Below are positions 31,744 through 41,495 of a stretch of DNA of 64,000 nucleotides, one piece after another. The stretch comes from Candidatus Bathyarchaeum tardum (lineage in GTDB: Archaea; Thermoproteota; Bathyarchaeia; Bathyarchaeales; Bathyarchaeaceae). The position numbers were made by a program, and so were the translations under genes. Positions within the stretch are counted from its first letter, which is position 1. Every line of letters starts with the position of its first letter. Where the stretch lies: NCBI GenBank assembly GCA_024650005.2, contig CP122380.1, forward strand, positions 1,120,001 to 1,184,000, in the 5' to 3' direction. The notes under the pieces are model-generated. The model was not told the origin of the DNA. It saw nothing but the letters and a program-made list of their open reading frames with translations, and searched no databases.

Positions 31744-31890
31744 CTTTCTTCGTTTTCTCTTCGATGTTTTATCTATATAGAGTTAATGAATTTGTCGTAA
31801 TAATCCAAAATTATATACTTTCAAAAAGTATTGTTAATATGTATCAACCCAACTTAACTGAGCATTCAAGAAATCTCAGGACTGGATTTG

Positions 31891-32484
31891 ATGTTTGCTG
31901 TTGGTCACTTTGCTCTTGGCTATTTAACTGGAAAATTATTCTCAAAATTTCTTAACGTCCACGTAAGTTTACCTTGGTTGTTTCTTGTATCAGTCTTTCC
32001 TGATGTTGACATATTATTTCCATTCTTGGAACATCGAGGACCACTCCATTCTGTCCTCTTTTGGTGTTTAATTTTTGTTCCATTGTTTTGGATTTATAGA
32101 AAACGAGCTGCACCTTATTTTGTTGCGGTACTTCAACATAGTTTAATTGGAGATTTTTTAACTGGCGGCAGCCAACTACTGTGGCCTTTTTCCTTGGAAT
32201 CATATGGGTTAGACATTGGAATAAGAAGCACATTTAATTTGGGTCTAGAATGGGTTTTGTTTATTGCTTCAGTATTGGTTATGTTTAAAGCAAAAGACTT
32301 GAAGATGCTTTTAAAACCTGATTCAACAAATTTTGTTTTGTTGATACCCTTGATGACCGTTCTTTTGCCCATAATTGTGAGTTTTCCATTGTATATCTCA
32401 ATGGTTTTACTTGTTCCTCATCTTTTCTTTGTAGGTCTTTTTGGAATTTCCCTTTATGTTGCATTAAGAGATTTTCAAAATTAA
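31891..32484 (+). CDS. Membrane-bound metal-dependent hydrolase (YdjM-like)
   Basis: GH, PDVD, HRGPLHS, H...D, LLWPF. Confidence 0.82.
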   Translation: MFAVGHFALGYLTGKLFSKFLNVHVSLPWLFLVSVFPDVDILFPFLEHRGPLHSVLFWCLIFVPLFWIYRKRAAPYFVAVLQHSLIGDFLTGGSQLLWPFSLESYGLDIGIRSTFNLGLEWVLFIASVLVMFKAKDLKMLLKPDSTNFVLLIPLMTVLLPIIVSFPLYISMVLLVPHLFFVGLFGISLYVALRDFQN

Positions 32485-32652
32485 GTACCGTCTTGTTCAT
32501 TTTTTTATCTTTCAGATTTTTTGTTATGAACAACGAAACTACTAAATTGAGCCCTAATGGAAAAACTGATTTTTTTTGGAATCATAAAACCTTATTAGAT
32601 TTGTAATTTAACATAACCGTATGTTGTCTACGGATTCAAATGGTGCCTGATA

Positions 32653-33642
32653 ATGAAAGTAAAAGTCGGTGTTGTAGGATTAGGGTTCATGGGTTCTGCT
32701 CATGCCAGGGTTTACAAAAAACTAAACAACTGTGAATTGGTTGCAATTTGTGATAGCGACCCGACAAAAAAGGAGCTAGCAGATTCTTACGATTGCAAGT
32801 TTTGTTCTGATTTATCCACGTTTTTAGAACAAGACTTAGATGCTGTAAGTGTTTGTACCCCCACTTCTATGCATCATGATGTTGTTTCAGCGGTTTTGGA
32901 TGCTGGGAAACATGTTTTGGTTGAAAAACCTTTTGCTGATTCATTAACTAAAGGAGAATCATTAGTAAAAAAAGCAATTGAAGCTGACAAATTGCTTGGA
33001 GTAGGGTACATTGAAAGGTTTAATTCTGCTGTCAGATCCTTGAAGGAAGTTTTGGATTGTTCCAAAATTTTTTCTACAGTTTCTATGCGGTTTGGGCCGT
33101 TTCCTCCTCGAACAAAATACAGTGGAGTTTTTTTGGATTTAGCGTCCCATGAAATAGATTTGCTCAATTACCTGTTCGGTGAAGTCCCTAAAGTTTTGTA
33201 TGCTCATTTTTCTAGCAAAATCAATAACAATTTTGAAGATTACGCCTATATTTCATTGAAGTACGGACACATTCACAGCCACATCGAGGCAAGTTGGTTG
33301 CCGAATTATAAAGTCCGCCAAATCAGTTTGTACGCAAACGAGCGCTTTTATTCTTTGAATTATGCTCAGCAAAAATTGAAGATGTATAGAGCACCACCTA
33401 AAGCTAATATTGTAACTGGAAACTGGGAAGACATTTTATGGTTGTCCCGGCACATTAATGAAGAAATCCCTGTTTCAGTTGGAGAACCTTTGTTAATGGA
33501 GTTACAGTGTTTTGTTGATTCCGTAAAACAAAACGAACTTTTAGATCCCCTTTGCAGCCCACAAGAAGCTCTTAATGTTTTGAAGGTCACTGACTGCGCT
33601 TTCCGCAAAGCTAAGGTTAAAACAGGTTGCGAAAATCAGTAA
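32653..33642 (+). CDS. Gfo/Idh/MocA oxidoreductase (NDP-sugar 3-dehydrogenase-like)
   Basis: GVVGLGFMGSAH, CTPTSMH, GKHVLVEKP, GYIERFN, DLASHEID. Confidence 0.85.
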   Translation: MKVKVGVVGLGFMGSAHARVYKKLNNCELVAICDSDPTKKELADSYDCKFCSDLSTFLEQDLDAVSVCTPTSMHHDVVSAVLDAGKHVLVEKPFADSLTKGESLVKKAIEADKLLGVGYIERFNSAVRSLKEVLDCSKIFSTVSMRFGPFPPRTKYSGVFLDLASHEIDLLNYLFGEVPKVLYAHFSSKINNNFEDYAYISLKYGHIHSHIEASWLPNYKVRQISLYANERFYSLNYAQQKLKMYRAPPKANIVTGNWEDILWLSRHINEEIPVSVGEPLLMELQCFVDSVKQNELLDPLCSPQEALNVLKVTDCAFRKAKVKTGCENQ

Positions 33643-34817
33643 CTAGTTTTGTTTATTTTTTTCCATCCCTTTTTGAAGGGTGAAATTTTTCGCAGTCTTT
33701 CTACTGCTTGGGGTACAGTTTCTAAGACGTAGTCTACTTCTTCATATGTGGTGTATTTTCCAATGGAAAGCCTTAACGAGCCGTGAGCTTCTTTTGGATC
33801 TAATCCGATGGCTAATAGGACATGACTTGCCTCTAGCGAATCTGATGAACAAGCCGAACCTGTAGATGCTGATATTCCAGCAAGATCCAGTTGCATTAGT
33901 AGTGATTCTCCTTCAATGTAGGCGAACCATAAGTTAGTGTTGTTTGGTAATCTTTTAGTTCTATGCCCATTAAGGTGTGAATCTTCAATGTTCAAAAGTT
34001 CTTTTATCAGTTTGTCCCGAAGTTGAGTTTGCTTTTTTGCGTCTGATTCCATCTCTTTTTGTTGAATTTTTGCTGCTTCGGCAAAGCCTACAATTCCGGG
34101 AACATTTACCGTAGATGCTCGTTTTTGAGCTTCTTGTCCCCCTCCATGAAGAAGGGGGTCAATTTTTGTGCCCTTTTTGATATACAGTCCCCCTACTCCT
34201 TTAGGTCCGTACATTTTATGGGCATTAATTGATAGCATGTCGATGTTCATTTTTTTAACATCAATTGGAATTTTTCCAAAACTTTGAGCTGCGTCAGAGT
34301 GGAAATAAACGTTTTTCTCTTTACAGATTTTTCCTATTTTTTCGATATCTTGTAATGTTCCAATTTCGTTGTTTGCATGCATTATGGAAACTAAAATCGT
34401 GTCTTTTCGAATTGCGTTCTCTAGTTCTGTTTCGTTGATTAAACCGTTTTTGTCTGCTGCAAGTCTGGTGATTTTGTATCCTTGTTGTTCTAGCCATTGG
34501 GCTGGCTCTAAAATGCAGTGATGTTCAATGGCTGATATTATGATATGTTTTCCTTTGTTTTTGTTGGCGTATGCTATGCCTTTAATGACGGTGTTGTTTG
34601 ATTCGGTTGCGCTGCCTGTAAAAATAAGTTCGTCCGGTTTTGCGTTCATTACTTGGGCGATTGTTTCTCTGGATTGTGTTAAAGCTTGTTTTGCTTCTCT
34701 GCCCTGCTTGTGCAAAGACATTGTGTTTCCATATTTTTCATTAAAATACGGTAGCATTGCCTTGAGGATTCTGGGGTCAACAGGAGTGGTTGCAGCGTAG
34801 TCCATGTAAACTTCCAT
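33636..34817 (-). CDS. iscS: Cysteine desulfurase IscS/NifS
   Basis: YMDYAATTP, FTGSATESNN, HANNEIGT, HSDAAQ, AHKMYGPKG, STGSACSS. Confidence 0.93.
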   Translation of the reverse strand: MEVYMDYAATTPVDPRILKAMLPYFNEKYGNTMSLHKQGREAKQALTQSRETIAQVMNAKPDELIFTGSATESNNTVIKGIAYANKNKGKHIIISAIEHHCILEPAQWLEQQGYKITRLAADKNGLINETELENAIRKDTILVSIMHANNEIGTLQDIEKIGKICKEKNVYFHSDAAQSFGKIPIDVKKMNIDMLSINAHKMYGPKGVGGLYIKKGTKIDPLLHGGGQEAQKRASTVNVPGIVGFAEAAKIQQKEMESDAKKQTQLRDKLIKELLNIEDSHLNGHRTKRLPNNTNLWFAYIEGESLLMQLDLAGISASTGSACSSDSLEASHVLLAIGLDPKEAHGSLRLSIGKYTTYEEVDYVLETVPQAVERLRKISPFKKGWKKINKTSY

Positions 34818-35009
34818 TTTTTGGTCACTTAGCAACGTAACTTCATTATTTGTATTTAAGTCTATTCAGATTATTTTTTACTCTTTTTGTGTCTTTTGTG
34901 ATTCTGTCAAGTGAACTCTTGCAGCAAAAGACTCCTAGTGGAACTTAGGTTTTTGGAATATGGTCAGTTTTAAATTGGTTAGGTTTCATTTATTGCATGG
35001 TCGTGTGGT

Positions 35010-35486
35010 TTGGATTTCATAGTTGATAGTATGCTTGGCAAATTAGCTCGTTGGCTTCGTATGTTAGGGCATAATGTAACATATTATCGCAATTTTGATG
35101 ATGCAACTCTTCTGGTTTTGGCAAAAACTGAAAACCGTATATTGGTTACCCGTGACCTTAAGTTGTATCAAAAGGCTTTAAGTGACGGTTTAGAAACTTT
35201 TTTTGTTAATGCTAAAAAATCTGAAAAACGCCTTGCCCTTTTGGCTAATCGTTTTAGTTTTGAATTAGATATTGACCTGAATTTTTCTCGTTGCCCAAAA
35301 TGCAATGGTTCTCTTGTAAGTGTTTCTAAAGAGGAAATAAAAAACAAAATTCCTGACGGAACTTTCAAGTATTATGATGATTTTTGGCAATGCACCAATT
35401 GTGGTCAAGTCTATTGGAAAGGCGCACATTGGACACGTATACAAGGGGCTCTTGATGATGCTCGACGTGCCTTAGATTTGTTATAA
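35010..35486 (+). CDS. Mut7-C RNase (PIN fold plus Zn ribbon, DUF82)
   Basis: FIVDSMLGKLARWLRMLG, RILVTRD, SRCPKCNG, CTNCGQVYWKGAH. Confidence 0.9.
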   Translation: MDFIVDSMLGKLARWLRMLGHNVTYYRNFDDATLLVLAKTENRILVTRDLKLYQKALSDGLETFFVNAKKSEKRLALLANRFSFELDIDLNFSRCPKCNGSLVSVSKEEIKNKIPDGTFKYYDDFWQCTNCGQVYWKGAHWTRIQGALDDARRALDLL

Positions 35487-35553
35487 TTTTTGACGTAATG
35501 CTTATTTGACTCTTTTAGATTCTCTCAAAGGGCACAATTTGGAGGTGTAACCT

Positions 35554-35619
35554 ATGAGCCTAGATGAAGACTGGGAAGAAGACAAAGATGAAGAAGTAGA
35601 CGAAGATGAAGAATGGTAA
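35554..35619 (+). CDS. Putative 21-aa hyper-acidic micropeptide
   Basis: GGAGGTG RBS at 35541-35547, ATG 35554, MSLDEDWEEDKDEEVDEDEEW*, followed by T-tracts. Confidence 0.6.
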   Translation: MSLDEDWEEDKDEEVDEDEEW

Positions 35620-35626
35620 ATAGAAC

Positions 35627-35658
35627 CTTTTTTCAATTTTTTGTTTTTGTAATTTTTT
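35627..35658 (+). terminator. Oligo-T archaeal terminator
   Basis: Several T runs directly after the stop at 35619. Confidence 0.4.
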
Positions 35659-35840
35659 ACAGCTATTTAATTGAGATTTTTATCCTTTACTGTGAATTTT
35701 TAAAGCCATGAATTTATGGAACAAGTTTTATTGAAAGAAAACTTTGCTAACAATATACCCCCTGTTTTAGTTTCCAAATATGTATCAAGAACCTGTTAAT
35801 CATTGAAGATTTGTTTAGTGTTTTAATGAAAACTTATTTT

Positions 35841-36062
35841 TCAAGAAACATTTATTGAATTTTTTCTATTACGTTTAATCTTGTTAGTAACTTTGAAGTA
35901 ACTGTCAAAACAGCATCGGCAGTCAATCGGAAAACCGTTACAACTTTTTGAAGAGTTACAAAGTGCTCTTGCAAATATTTTCCAATCTTTTTCTCCAGCT
36001 TTTTGTATTTGGTGGCGTCTTGCTCTTTTTTGCCAATTTTTTTTGATCTTGTCCAAAAACAT
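35841..36062 (-). CDS. Small basic Cys-rich hypothetical protein
   Basis: ATG 36062 after AGAAGTGA. LCNSSKSCNGFPIDCRCCF cluster. Confidence 0.5.
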   Translation of the reverse strand: MFLDKIKKNWQKRARRHQIQKAGEKDWKIFARALCNSSKSCNGFPIDCRCCFDSYFKVTNKIKRNRKNSINVS

Positions 36063-36190
36063 GTTTTCACTTCTCTTAGTTAGAAAAGGCAACTTTCTTT
36101 GCAGGTACTGTGTAAGAGTATATTTGTTGTTTTTTTAAAATAACCGTTATGAAACTTTTTTCTAGAAAAAACACGAATTTTCAATATTTT

Positions 36191-37447
36191 TTATCCAAAG
36201 AAGGTGGTGTGAAGTACCATGAAATCCAGAACTCCGACTATGTATGAAGGTATCCAAAAGGCTGTTGTTAATATTGCCAATTTTTTGGTTTTGGCTGGAA
36301 ACGATGTCGATTCCGGTCGCCATAATGCAACTAGCCAGATTCCAAAAATTAACGCTGGAACAGAAAAAACACCGTGTAAAATATTCATGATTAAGCGCAG
36401 GGGCGTGTTGGAAAAAGCCTCTAACGATGTCAAGCTCAAGGGATCCATTAATATTACCGAAGAAAAACCAATTATCCATGCAGACATTACGATTAACAGG
36501 GTAATTTCGTGGACAAAATACTTGCCTTTTTTGCGAACCCACATGCTAATTAAGACAACAGCGGTCCAGAATGTTTGCATAATTAGATTAAATTCAGCAA
36601 AACTTAATCCAATGGAGTTAAAGGGAAAAAAAAGTATAGTTGCAATCTCAACCACAAAGACTCCAATTATTGAAAGAATTGCAATTTTTCCTTGGGATAT
36701 TTGAGCTAAACTGTTTTGGTTTTTTCTCTTTTTGCGGTTAACCGCTGCTGCGCTAAACAAGATTAGAACTGAAGCAGCAATAACTAGTATAATAGGTTCG
36801 TAAAAGCCTGATTCATTTTCTGTTTTTTCTTTTGGTTCCCAAATGTTTGTTGCTACCGCTTTTGTGGTAACTATAATATCTTCGATGTACCATCCATTTT
36901 TGTTAGTTTTATTTTTTACTTGTTCTACTGAAGCAATGAAAAAGCCTGTTTGTTTATCCCATTCTTTTACTTCTCTAACGTTATCATGTCCACACGTAAC
37001 AGTTCGGATTGCACCTAAAACCGTTTTTTGTTCTTCATTTTCAATAGTTACATTAACTGGAATCCCGCTGTGCCGTGCTAAATCATAAAATGTGTCTCCG
37101 GGACTGAGATTTGCAGGAATAATAACCCAGCCTCCTACTTCACCTTCAGTAAAATTAAATTCCCAAACAGCACTGCCCACTGTTCCATTGGAATATCGTG
37201 CAGTAACATTCAATGAAAATGCTGTACCATAAACGGGTAAAACTTCCATTCGCATCCAAGTAACATCATGTGTTGGAGGCATGGAGCCGTTACCTGCAAT
37301 AATCACGTCATATTCAACCCAATCGCCTTCTTTGACTCCTACTATTGGTTCGTTTGATCCACCTGCTTGTAGAACAATTAATGAAGGAATAAGTAACAAA
37401 AAAGCAAAAAAAACAGTGAAAAATTGAGACAATTTTCTTTGCAGCAA
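36191..37447 (-). CDS. Membrane protein: secreted GVKEGDWVEY-type domain fused to a DUF420-like TM module
   Basis: Signal peptide, GVKEGDWVEY and WDKQTG motifs, TM linker, C-terminal TM bundle with conserved His residues (VHEIT, ILHG). Confidence 0.65.
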   Translation of the reverse strand: MLQRKLSQFFTVFFAFLLLIPSLIVLQAGGSNEPIVGVKEGDWVEYDVIIAGNGSMPPTHDVTWMRMEVLPVYGTAFSLNVTARYSNGTVGSAVWEFNFTEGEVGGWVIIPANLSPGDTFYDLARHSGIPVNVTIENEEQKTVLGAIRTVTCGHDNVREVKEWDKQTGFFIASVEQVKNKTNKNGWYIEDIIVTTKAVATNIWEPKEKTENESGFYEPIILVIAASVLILFSAAAVNRKKRKNQNSLAQISQGKIAILSIIGVFVVEIATILFFPFNSIGLSFAEFNLIMQTFWTAVVLISMWVRKKGKYFVHEITLLIVMSAWIIGFSSVILMDPLSLTSLEAFSNTPLRLIMNILHGVFSVPALIFGIWLVALWRPESTSFPAKTKKLAILTTAFWIPSYIVGVLDFMVLHTTFFG

Positions 37448-37496
37448 ACCTATTCCCTGTTTAAATTTCGGTTTATTTTTTGATAAAAGGTTTTTT

Positions 37497-37589
37497 GTAA
37501 ATGTTTTTTGACTAAATAAGCATTAAAGTTGGAATTTTAGTCAAGATTTCTTGACAATGACCGAGTGTTTGAAGTCAAAATTTCTTGAC
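37497..37589. promoter_or_regulatory. Three copies of the GTCAAG-N4-CTTGAC palindrome
   Basis: 37497-37512 GTAAATGTTTTTTGAC, 37540-37555 GTCAAGATTTCTTGAC, 37574-37589 GTCAAAATTTCTTGAC. All lie upstream of 36191..37447(-). Confidence 0.7.
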
Positions 37590-37601
37590 CTACTTTGGAA
37601 T

Positions 37602-38846
37602 TTAGCCCATGCTGTTCCAATAAACGATTTCTGAATAAAGGTCATCTAAAGGAAAGTTTGGGTCATTATAAACTATGTCTAAAGCCAATCCATATTCCTC
37701 AAGTAACTCTTGTGTTCTGTTCCAGATTTGCTCTGAATGTTCATCAGGTCCCCAGTATCCCCATATTCTGTCATCTATGCTGCGCATTCCCCAACCATAA
37801 TCTTCAGGTAAAACTAACGCGGTTTCTGCTACTGTTCGGCTATATTCTTCTGGGTTTTGTTCCATGTATCTCCAAAATTGTTTCATTGCTTCAAAGTGTT
37901 CTTCCGTTAAAATTCCGTATGGGTTTCCAGGTGGGTTTGTGGGGTAGTTGAAAATTATTATGAAGTTAGCTCCTGCTTCGTATGAAATCATCATGTCATC
38001 AAGCATTTCACTTGCAGATTTGTATTCGCCTTGTGTTATGTTGTTTGGGTCTAGGTTATTCCATACAATTATTGTACCCCAATCTTTTTGTTGAACCTTA
38101 GCAGCTCCCCTGCCCAGTGCTATGTGTTTTTCTGAGTCATGTTCCCAGCCTAATTCAACAAACACAGTGTCATATCCTGCAAGGTAATCAAAATAATAAA
38201 GAGCATAATCAGAAGTAAATGCAGTAATTGATTGGTTGTTCAACACTTTGAGTTTTAAATGTTCTTGAATATATTCTATGTAATTGTTTTTTACAGTATT
38301 ATAGTCTCGGTTAACTGTTTGATTTGGATAATCTGGAATGAATTTTTCCATATCTTCATATAATTCAGGCCATAACTGTTTCACTCGAAGAAAAACTGAT
38401 GGCCAGTTATCGTCGAGTTGTATGCCTCCAGGTTCATCAAAGAGATAAACCCCCAAAAACTGCTCACCCCATGTTTCAGTTGCCGTCGTTAGCCACGGAA
38501 TCTGCCAAGGCGCTCTAGGGTCAAACCATCCAAAGAACACAATAAAATCTAATCCTGCATCTGCAGCATAGTCACAGATTATGTTTGTTGCTGTTTCGTT
38601 TTTACTTACAGGTCCTGATTGTATTACCAAAAGGTTAGTGTAATCCTTGATTTTGTCGATTAATAACATTGCTTCTTCGGGGGTGTCCCCACAAAAGGAA
38701 ACTCCAAAATATGGATCAACTGGATAAGTGTTTTTTGTTTCGGTACCCTTAGGTAAAACTAAAACTGTTGCTGCAATTATAACCACTAGTAACAAACAAA
38801 GAAATAATAATCTAAGTTTGGGTTCTTCCCGCTTTTTTAACGTCAA
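37602..38846 (-). CDS. Membrane-anchored extracellular protein, glycoside-hydrolase-like TIM barrel (putative)
   Basis: N-terminal TM, FLGVYLFDEPGG, FTSDYALY.FDY.AGYD, GILTEEHF. The fold is inference. Confidence 0.6.
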   Translation of the reverse strand: MTLKKREEPKLRLLFLCLLLVVIIAATVLVLPKGTETKNTYPVDPYFGVSFCGDTPEEAMLLIDKIKDYTNLLVIQSGPVSKNETATNIICDYAADAGLDFIVFFGWFDPRAPWQIPWLTTATETWGEQFLGVYLFDEPGGIQLDDNWPSVFLRVKQLWPELYEDMEKFIPDYPNQTVNRDYNTVKNNYIEYIQEHLKLKVLNNQSITAFTSDYALYYFDYLAGYDTVFVELGWEHDSEKHIALGRGAAKVQQKDWGTIIVWNNLDPNNITQGEYKSASEMLDDMMISYEAGANFIIIFNYPTNPPGNPYGILTEEHFEAMKQFWRYMEQNPEEYSRTVAETALVLPEDYGWGMRSIDDRIWGYWGPDEHSEQIWNRTQELLEEYGLALDIVYNDPNFPLDDLYSEIVYWNSMG

Positions 38847-38974
38847 TTTTATTCAACTTGACTTGGTTATTTTATTTGTAAAGAGCTTTCTAGTTGATTT
38901 AAGATTTTTGTGAAAACAACTGAAAAATGTATTGACTTATTTGTTTAAATTTTATACTGGCATGCCAAACATTT

Positions 38975-39400
38975 CTATTTGATATCAACGTTTATTTCAA
39001 CGCCGTTTCTGATGCTTTGAGTTACAGTGCAGTAATCTTCAAACAGTTTTAAGCATCGGGGGACTCGATGTTTGTCTTCTTCATTTACTTCTAACTGGAT
39101 TTCAAGGTCAATGCTTTTAATTCTGATTTTTTTCTGGTCGTTTCGGTAAAGGTTTGTTGTTACTTTTGTTTGGATGTCTTTGATTTGTACTCTTGCTTTT
39201 TTTAAACAATATACCAAACTAGTACTCATACAATGACCAACAGCAGCAGACAATAACCGGGGAGGATTAGGTCCAGCACCTTCACCGTCGGGTATAATTT
39301 CATCTAAGATAATGTTTGGCAAGTATTCTACATCAAACTCTGTATTAAATTGATAATTGTCCACCAGCTGCAATTTTGTAACAATACTTTTTTCTGTCAT
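38975..39400 (-). CDS. OsmC family protein
   Basis: GEGAGPNP..LL.AAVGHC and FEDYCTVTQS two-Cys signature. Confidence 0.88.
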   Translation of the reverse strand: MTEKSIVTKLQLVDNYQFNTEFDVEYLPNIILDEIIPDGEGAGPNPPRLLSAAVGHCMSTSLVYCLKKARVQIKDIQTKVTTNLYRNDQKKIRIKSIDLEIQLEVNEEDKHRVPRCLKLFEDYCTVTQSIRNGVEINVDIK

Positions 39401-39464
39401 TTTTTTAACCCTTTTTTGTTCCTTATGTTCATATAATTGCTTTTATTATTACTAAACTTTTTTT

Positions 39465-39534
39465 GTAAATATTTCTTGACCTAACAAAAACGTGTGTTGA
39501 AAGTTAGTCAAGGTTTCTTGATAAAAAACCTTTT
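39465..39534. promoter_or_regulatory. Two palindrome copies in the divergent osmC/ABC region, each next to an A-tract/T-tract (BRE/TATA-like)
   Basis: 39465-39480 GTAAATATTTCTTGAC. 39507-39522 GTCAAGGTTTCTTGAT followed by AAAAAACCTTTT. Confidence 0.7.
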
Positions 39535-39582
39535 GAATATACCTGTTGAATTGTATTTATTGCACTTTAACAAGTAAAGCAA

Positions 39583-40755
39583 TTGAGGTTTGATTGTTTG
39601 AATCCATTCACATATGCCCTGAAAGAAATTCGAAGACGTAAATATCGAACCTTAATCAACATTTTAGGATTTGCCATCGCAGTAACTACCTTAATTACGT
39701 TAGTCATGGCTGCCCGAGGCTGGGAAGCCTGTACCACAAAACCCTTGAACAATATCGGAACAGACATCATCTACATCTACACTGCCCCAATAGATCCATC
39801 AAACAAAGGCTGTTACATAGTTAACCATCTGTTTTCGTATCCTTTCAATCAAACCCTGCTGGATGAAATCGAACAATTACCCAATGTTGAATCTGCTGTT
39901 CCAATTCTTATGCACCGGTTGCGGGCTATGGTTTTTACAGGAATTGACCCATCAGAAACTGTAACAAACGCAGTTTTACCCCGTGATGTAATAGAAGGCA
40001 GATATCTAAACCCTGATGATGGTTACGTTGCATTAATTGACAAAGAATATGCTGACTTAAACAACCTTACTTTGGGCTCAATAGTAAATTATGTAGCAGA
40101 TTATGAAGTAGTAGGAATAGTTGAAGTCAGTGCAACAAACATCATGAAATCCCATATTTATGTAAATTTACCTGTTGTTCAACAAGTTTTACCTGAACAG
40201 CCTATTGGATTGGTGAATATTGGGCTAATTCGAACAGTTAGCCCAACTACTGTGGAAGAAACTGCTGCTGCCTTGGAGAAACAATGGCCTAATTCCAGCA
40301 TATTAACTGGCTCAGATTTAGCTGATACTGCCTTTAGCATAATCAGAATAAATGAAGAAACCGCTTGGAGTTTTTCTTTAGCGCTAGTAGTTATCATGGT
40401 TCTGTTTATGGTTAAATCACAGTTAGGCAATGTTTCTGAACGAACAAAAGAAATTGGAATCCTTAAAGCAATAGGCTGGAGCAACTCCAACGTTGTAAAC
40501 CAGATAGTTTCAGAATCACTAATCCAAGCAACAATTGGTGGAATCGTCGGATGTGGACTAGGATACATTTTCGCCATGTATGTTTTGTCTACCATTGGTG
40601 GCGAAATCGGAGGAGCCCTCAATCTCGTTACAGTTGACCCTTTGCTTTTTGGAATAGGATTTTCGGTAGCCATACTAACCGGAGTTACGGCAGGGCTGTT
40701 TTCATCATTACGGGCTGCGCGATTAACCCCTGTTAAAGCTATAAAAACAATTTAA
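39583..40755 (+). CDS. ABC transporter permease (MacB/FtsX-like)
   Basis: RRKYRT..TM, extracellular domain, VSERTKEIGILKAIGW, RAARLTPVKAI. The start may be TTG 39598 after GAGGT. Confidence 0.9.
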   Translation: MRFDCLNPFTYALKEIRRRKYRTLINILGFAIAVTTLITLVMAARGWEACTTKPLNNIGTDIIYIYTAPIDPSNKGCYIVNHLFSYPFNQTLLDEIEQLPNVESAVPILMHRLRAMVFTGIDPSETVTNAVLPRDVIEGRYLNPDDGYVALIDKEYADLNNLTLGSIVNYVADYEVVGIVEVSATNIMKSHIYVNLPVVQQVLPEQPIGLVNIGLIRTVSPTTVEETAAALEKQWPNSSILTGSDLADTAFSIIRINEETAWSFSLALVVIMVLFMVKSQLGNVSERTKEIGILKAIGWSNSNVVNQIVSESLIQATIGGIVGCGLGYIFAMYVLSTIGGEIGGALNLVTVDPLLFGIGFSVAILTGVTAGLFSSLRAARLTPVKAIKTI

Positions 40756-40767
40756 CGAGGAAAACAG

Positions 40768-41472
40768 ATGTCAACCAAAAATATAATACAACTTTCAAAT
40801 CTAACGAAAACCTACAAAAAAGGAAGCGCCAAAGAAATTAATGCAGTGGACAACGTTTCTTTACAGGTAAAACAAGGGGAATTTCTTACAATTTTAGGTC
40901 CCTCGGGAAGTGGTAAAACTACTCTTCTTAACCTCATTGGTGGTCTAGACAAACCCACATCAGGTAAAATAACTGTTGACGACTTGGAGATTTCTAAACT
41001 AAAAGAAAACCAGTTAGTTAAAGTAAGGCGTGAAAAAATTGGTTTTGTGTTTCAGGCCTTTAATTTGATTCCAACCTTTTCTGCCCTTGAGAACATACAA
41101 GCAACTTTAGCTCCAACAAACATGCAAAAAAACAAACAACTTGAACGGAGTAATGAGCTTCTTGCAATGGTTAATTTAGAGCAAAGGGGAAATCATTTGC
41201 CTTCAGAATTAAGTGCAGGCGAACAACAAAGAATTGCAATTGCCCGTGCATTTGCGAATGGTCCCAAGATTGTTTTGTTGGATGAACCCACCGGGAACTT
41301 GGATACTACAACTGGAAAAGAAATTCTGGCTTTATGTCACAAAGCCAGTAAAGAACATGGGCAAACCGTTGTTGCTGTAACCCACGCAGATTATGTTAAA
41401 AATTACACAAACCGTTTGTTGTTTATGCGTGACGGAAAACTGTTTACAGAACTGCCTGAAGAAAAGCCTTAA
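40768..41472 (+). CDS. ABC transporter ATP-binding protein (LolD/MacB-like)
   Basis: GPSGSGKTT, GFVFQAFNL, LSAGEQQRIAIARA, LLDEPTGNLD, VTH. Confidence 0.93.
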   Translation: MSTKNIIQLSNLTKTYKKGSAKEINAVDNVSLQVKQGEFLTILGPSGSGKTTLLNLIGGLDKPTSGKITVDDLEISKLKENQLVKVRREKIGFVFQAFNLIPTFSALENIQATLAPTNMQKNKQLERSNELLAMVNLEQRGNHLPSELSAGEQQRIAIARAFANGPKIVLLDEPTGNLDTTTGKEILALCHKASKEHGQTVVAVTHADYVKNYTNRLLFMRDGKLFTELPEEKP

Positions 41473-41495
41473 CCAATTAACTAATTTTTGTAACT

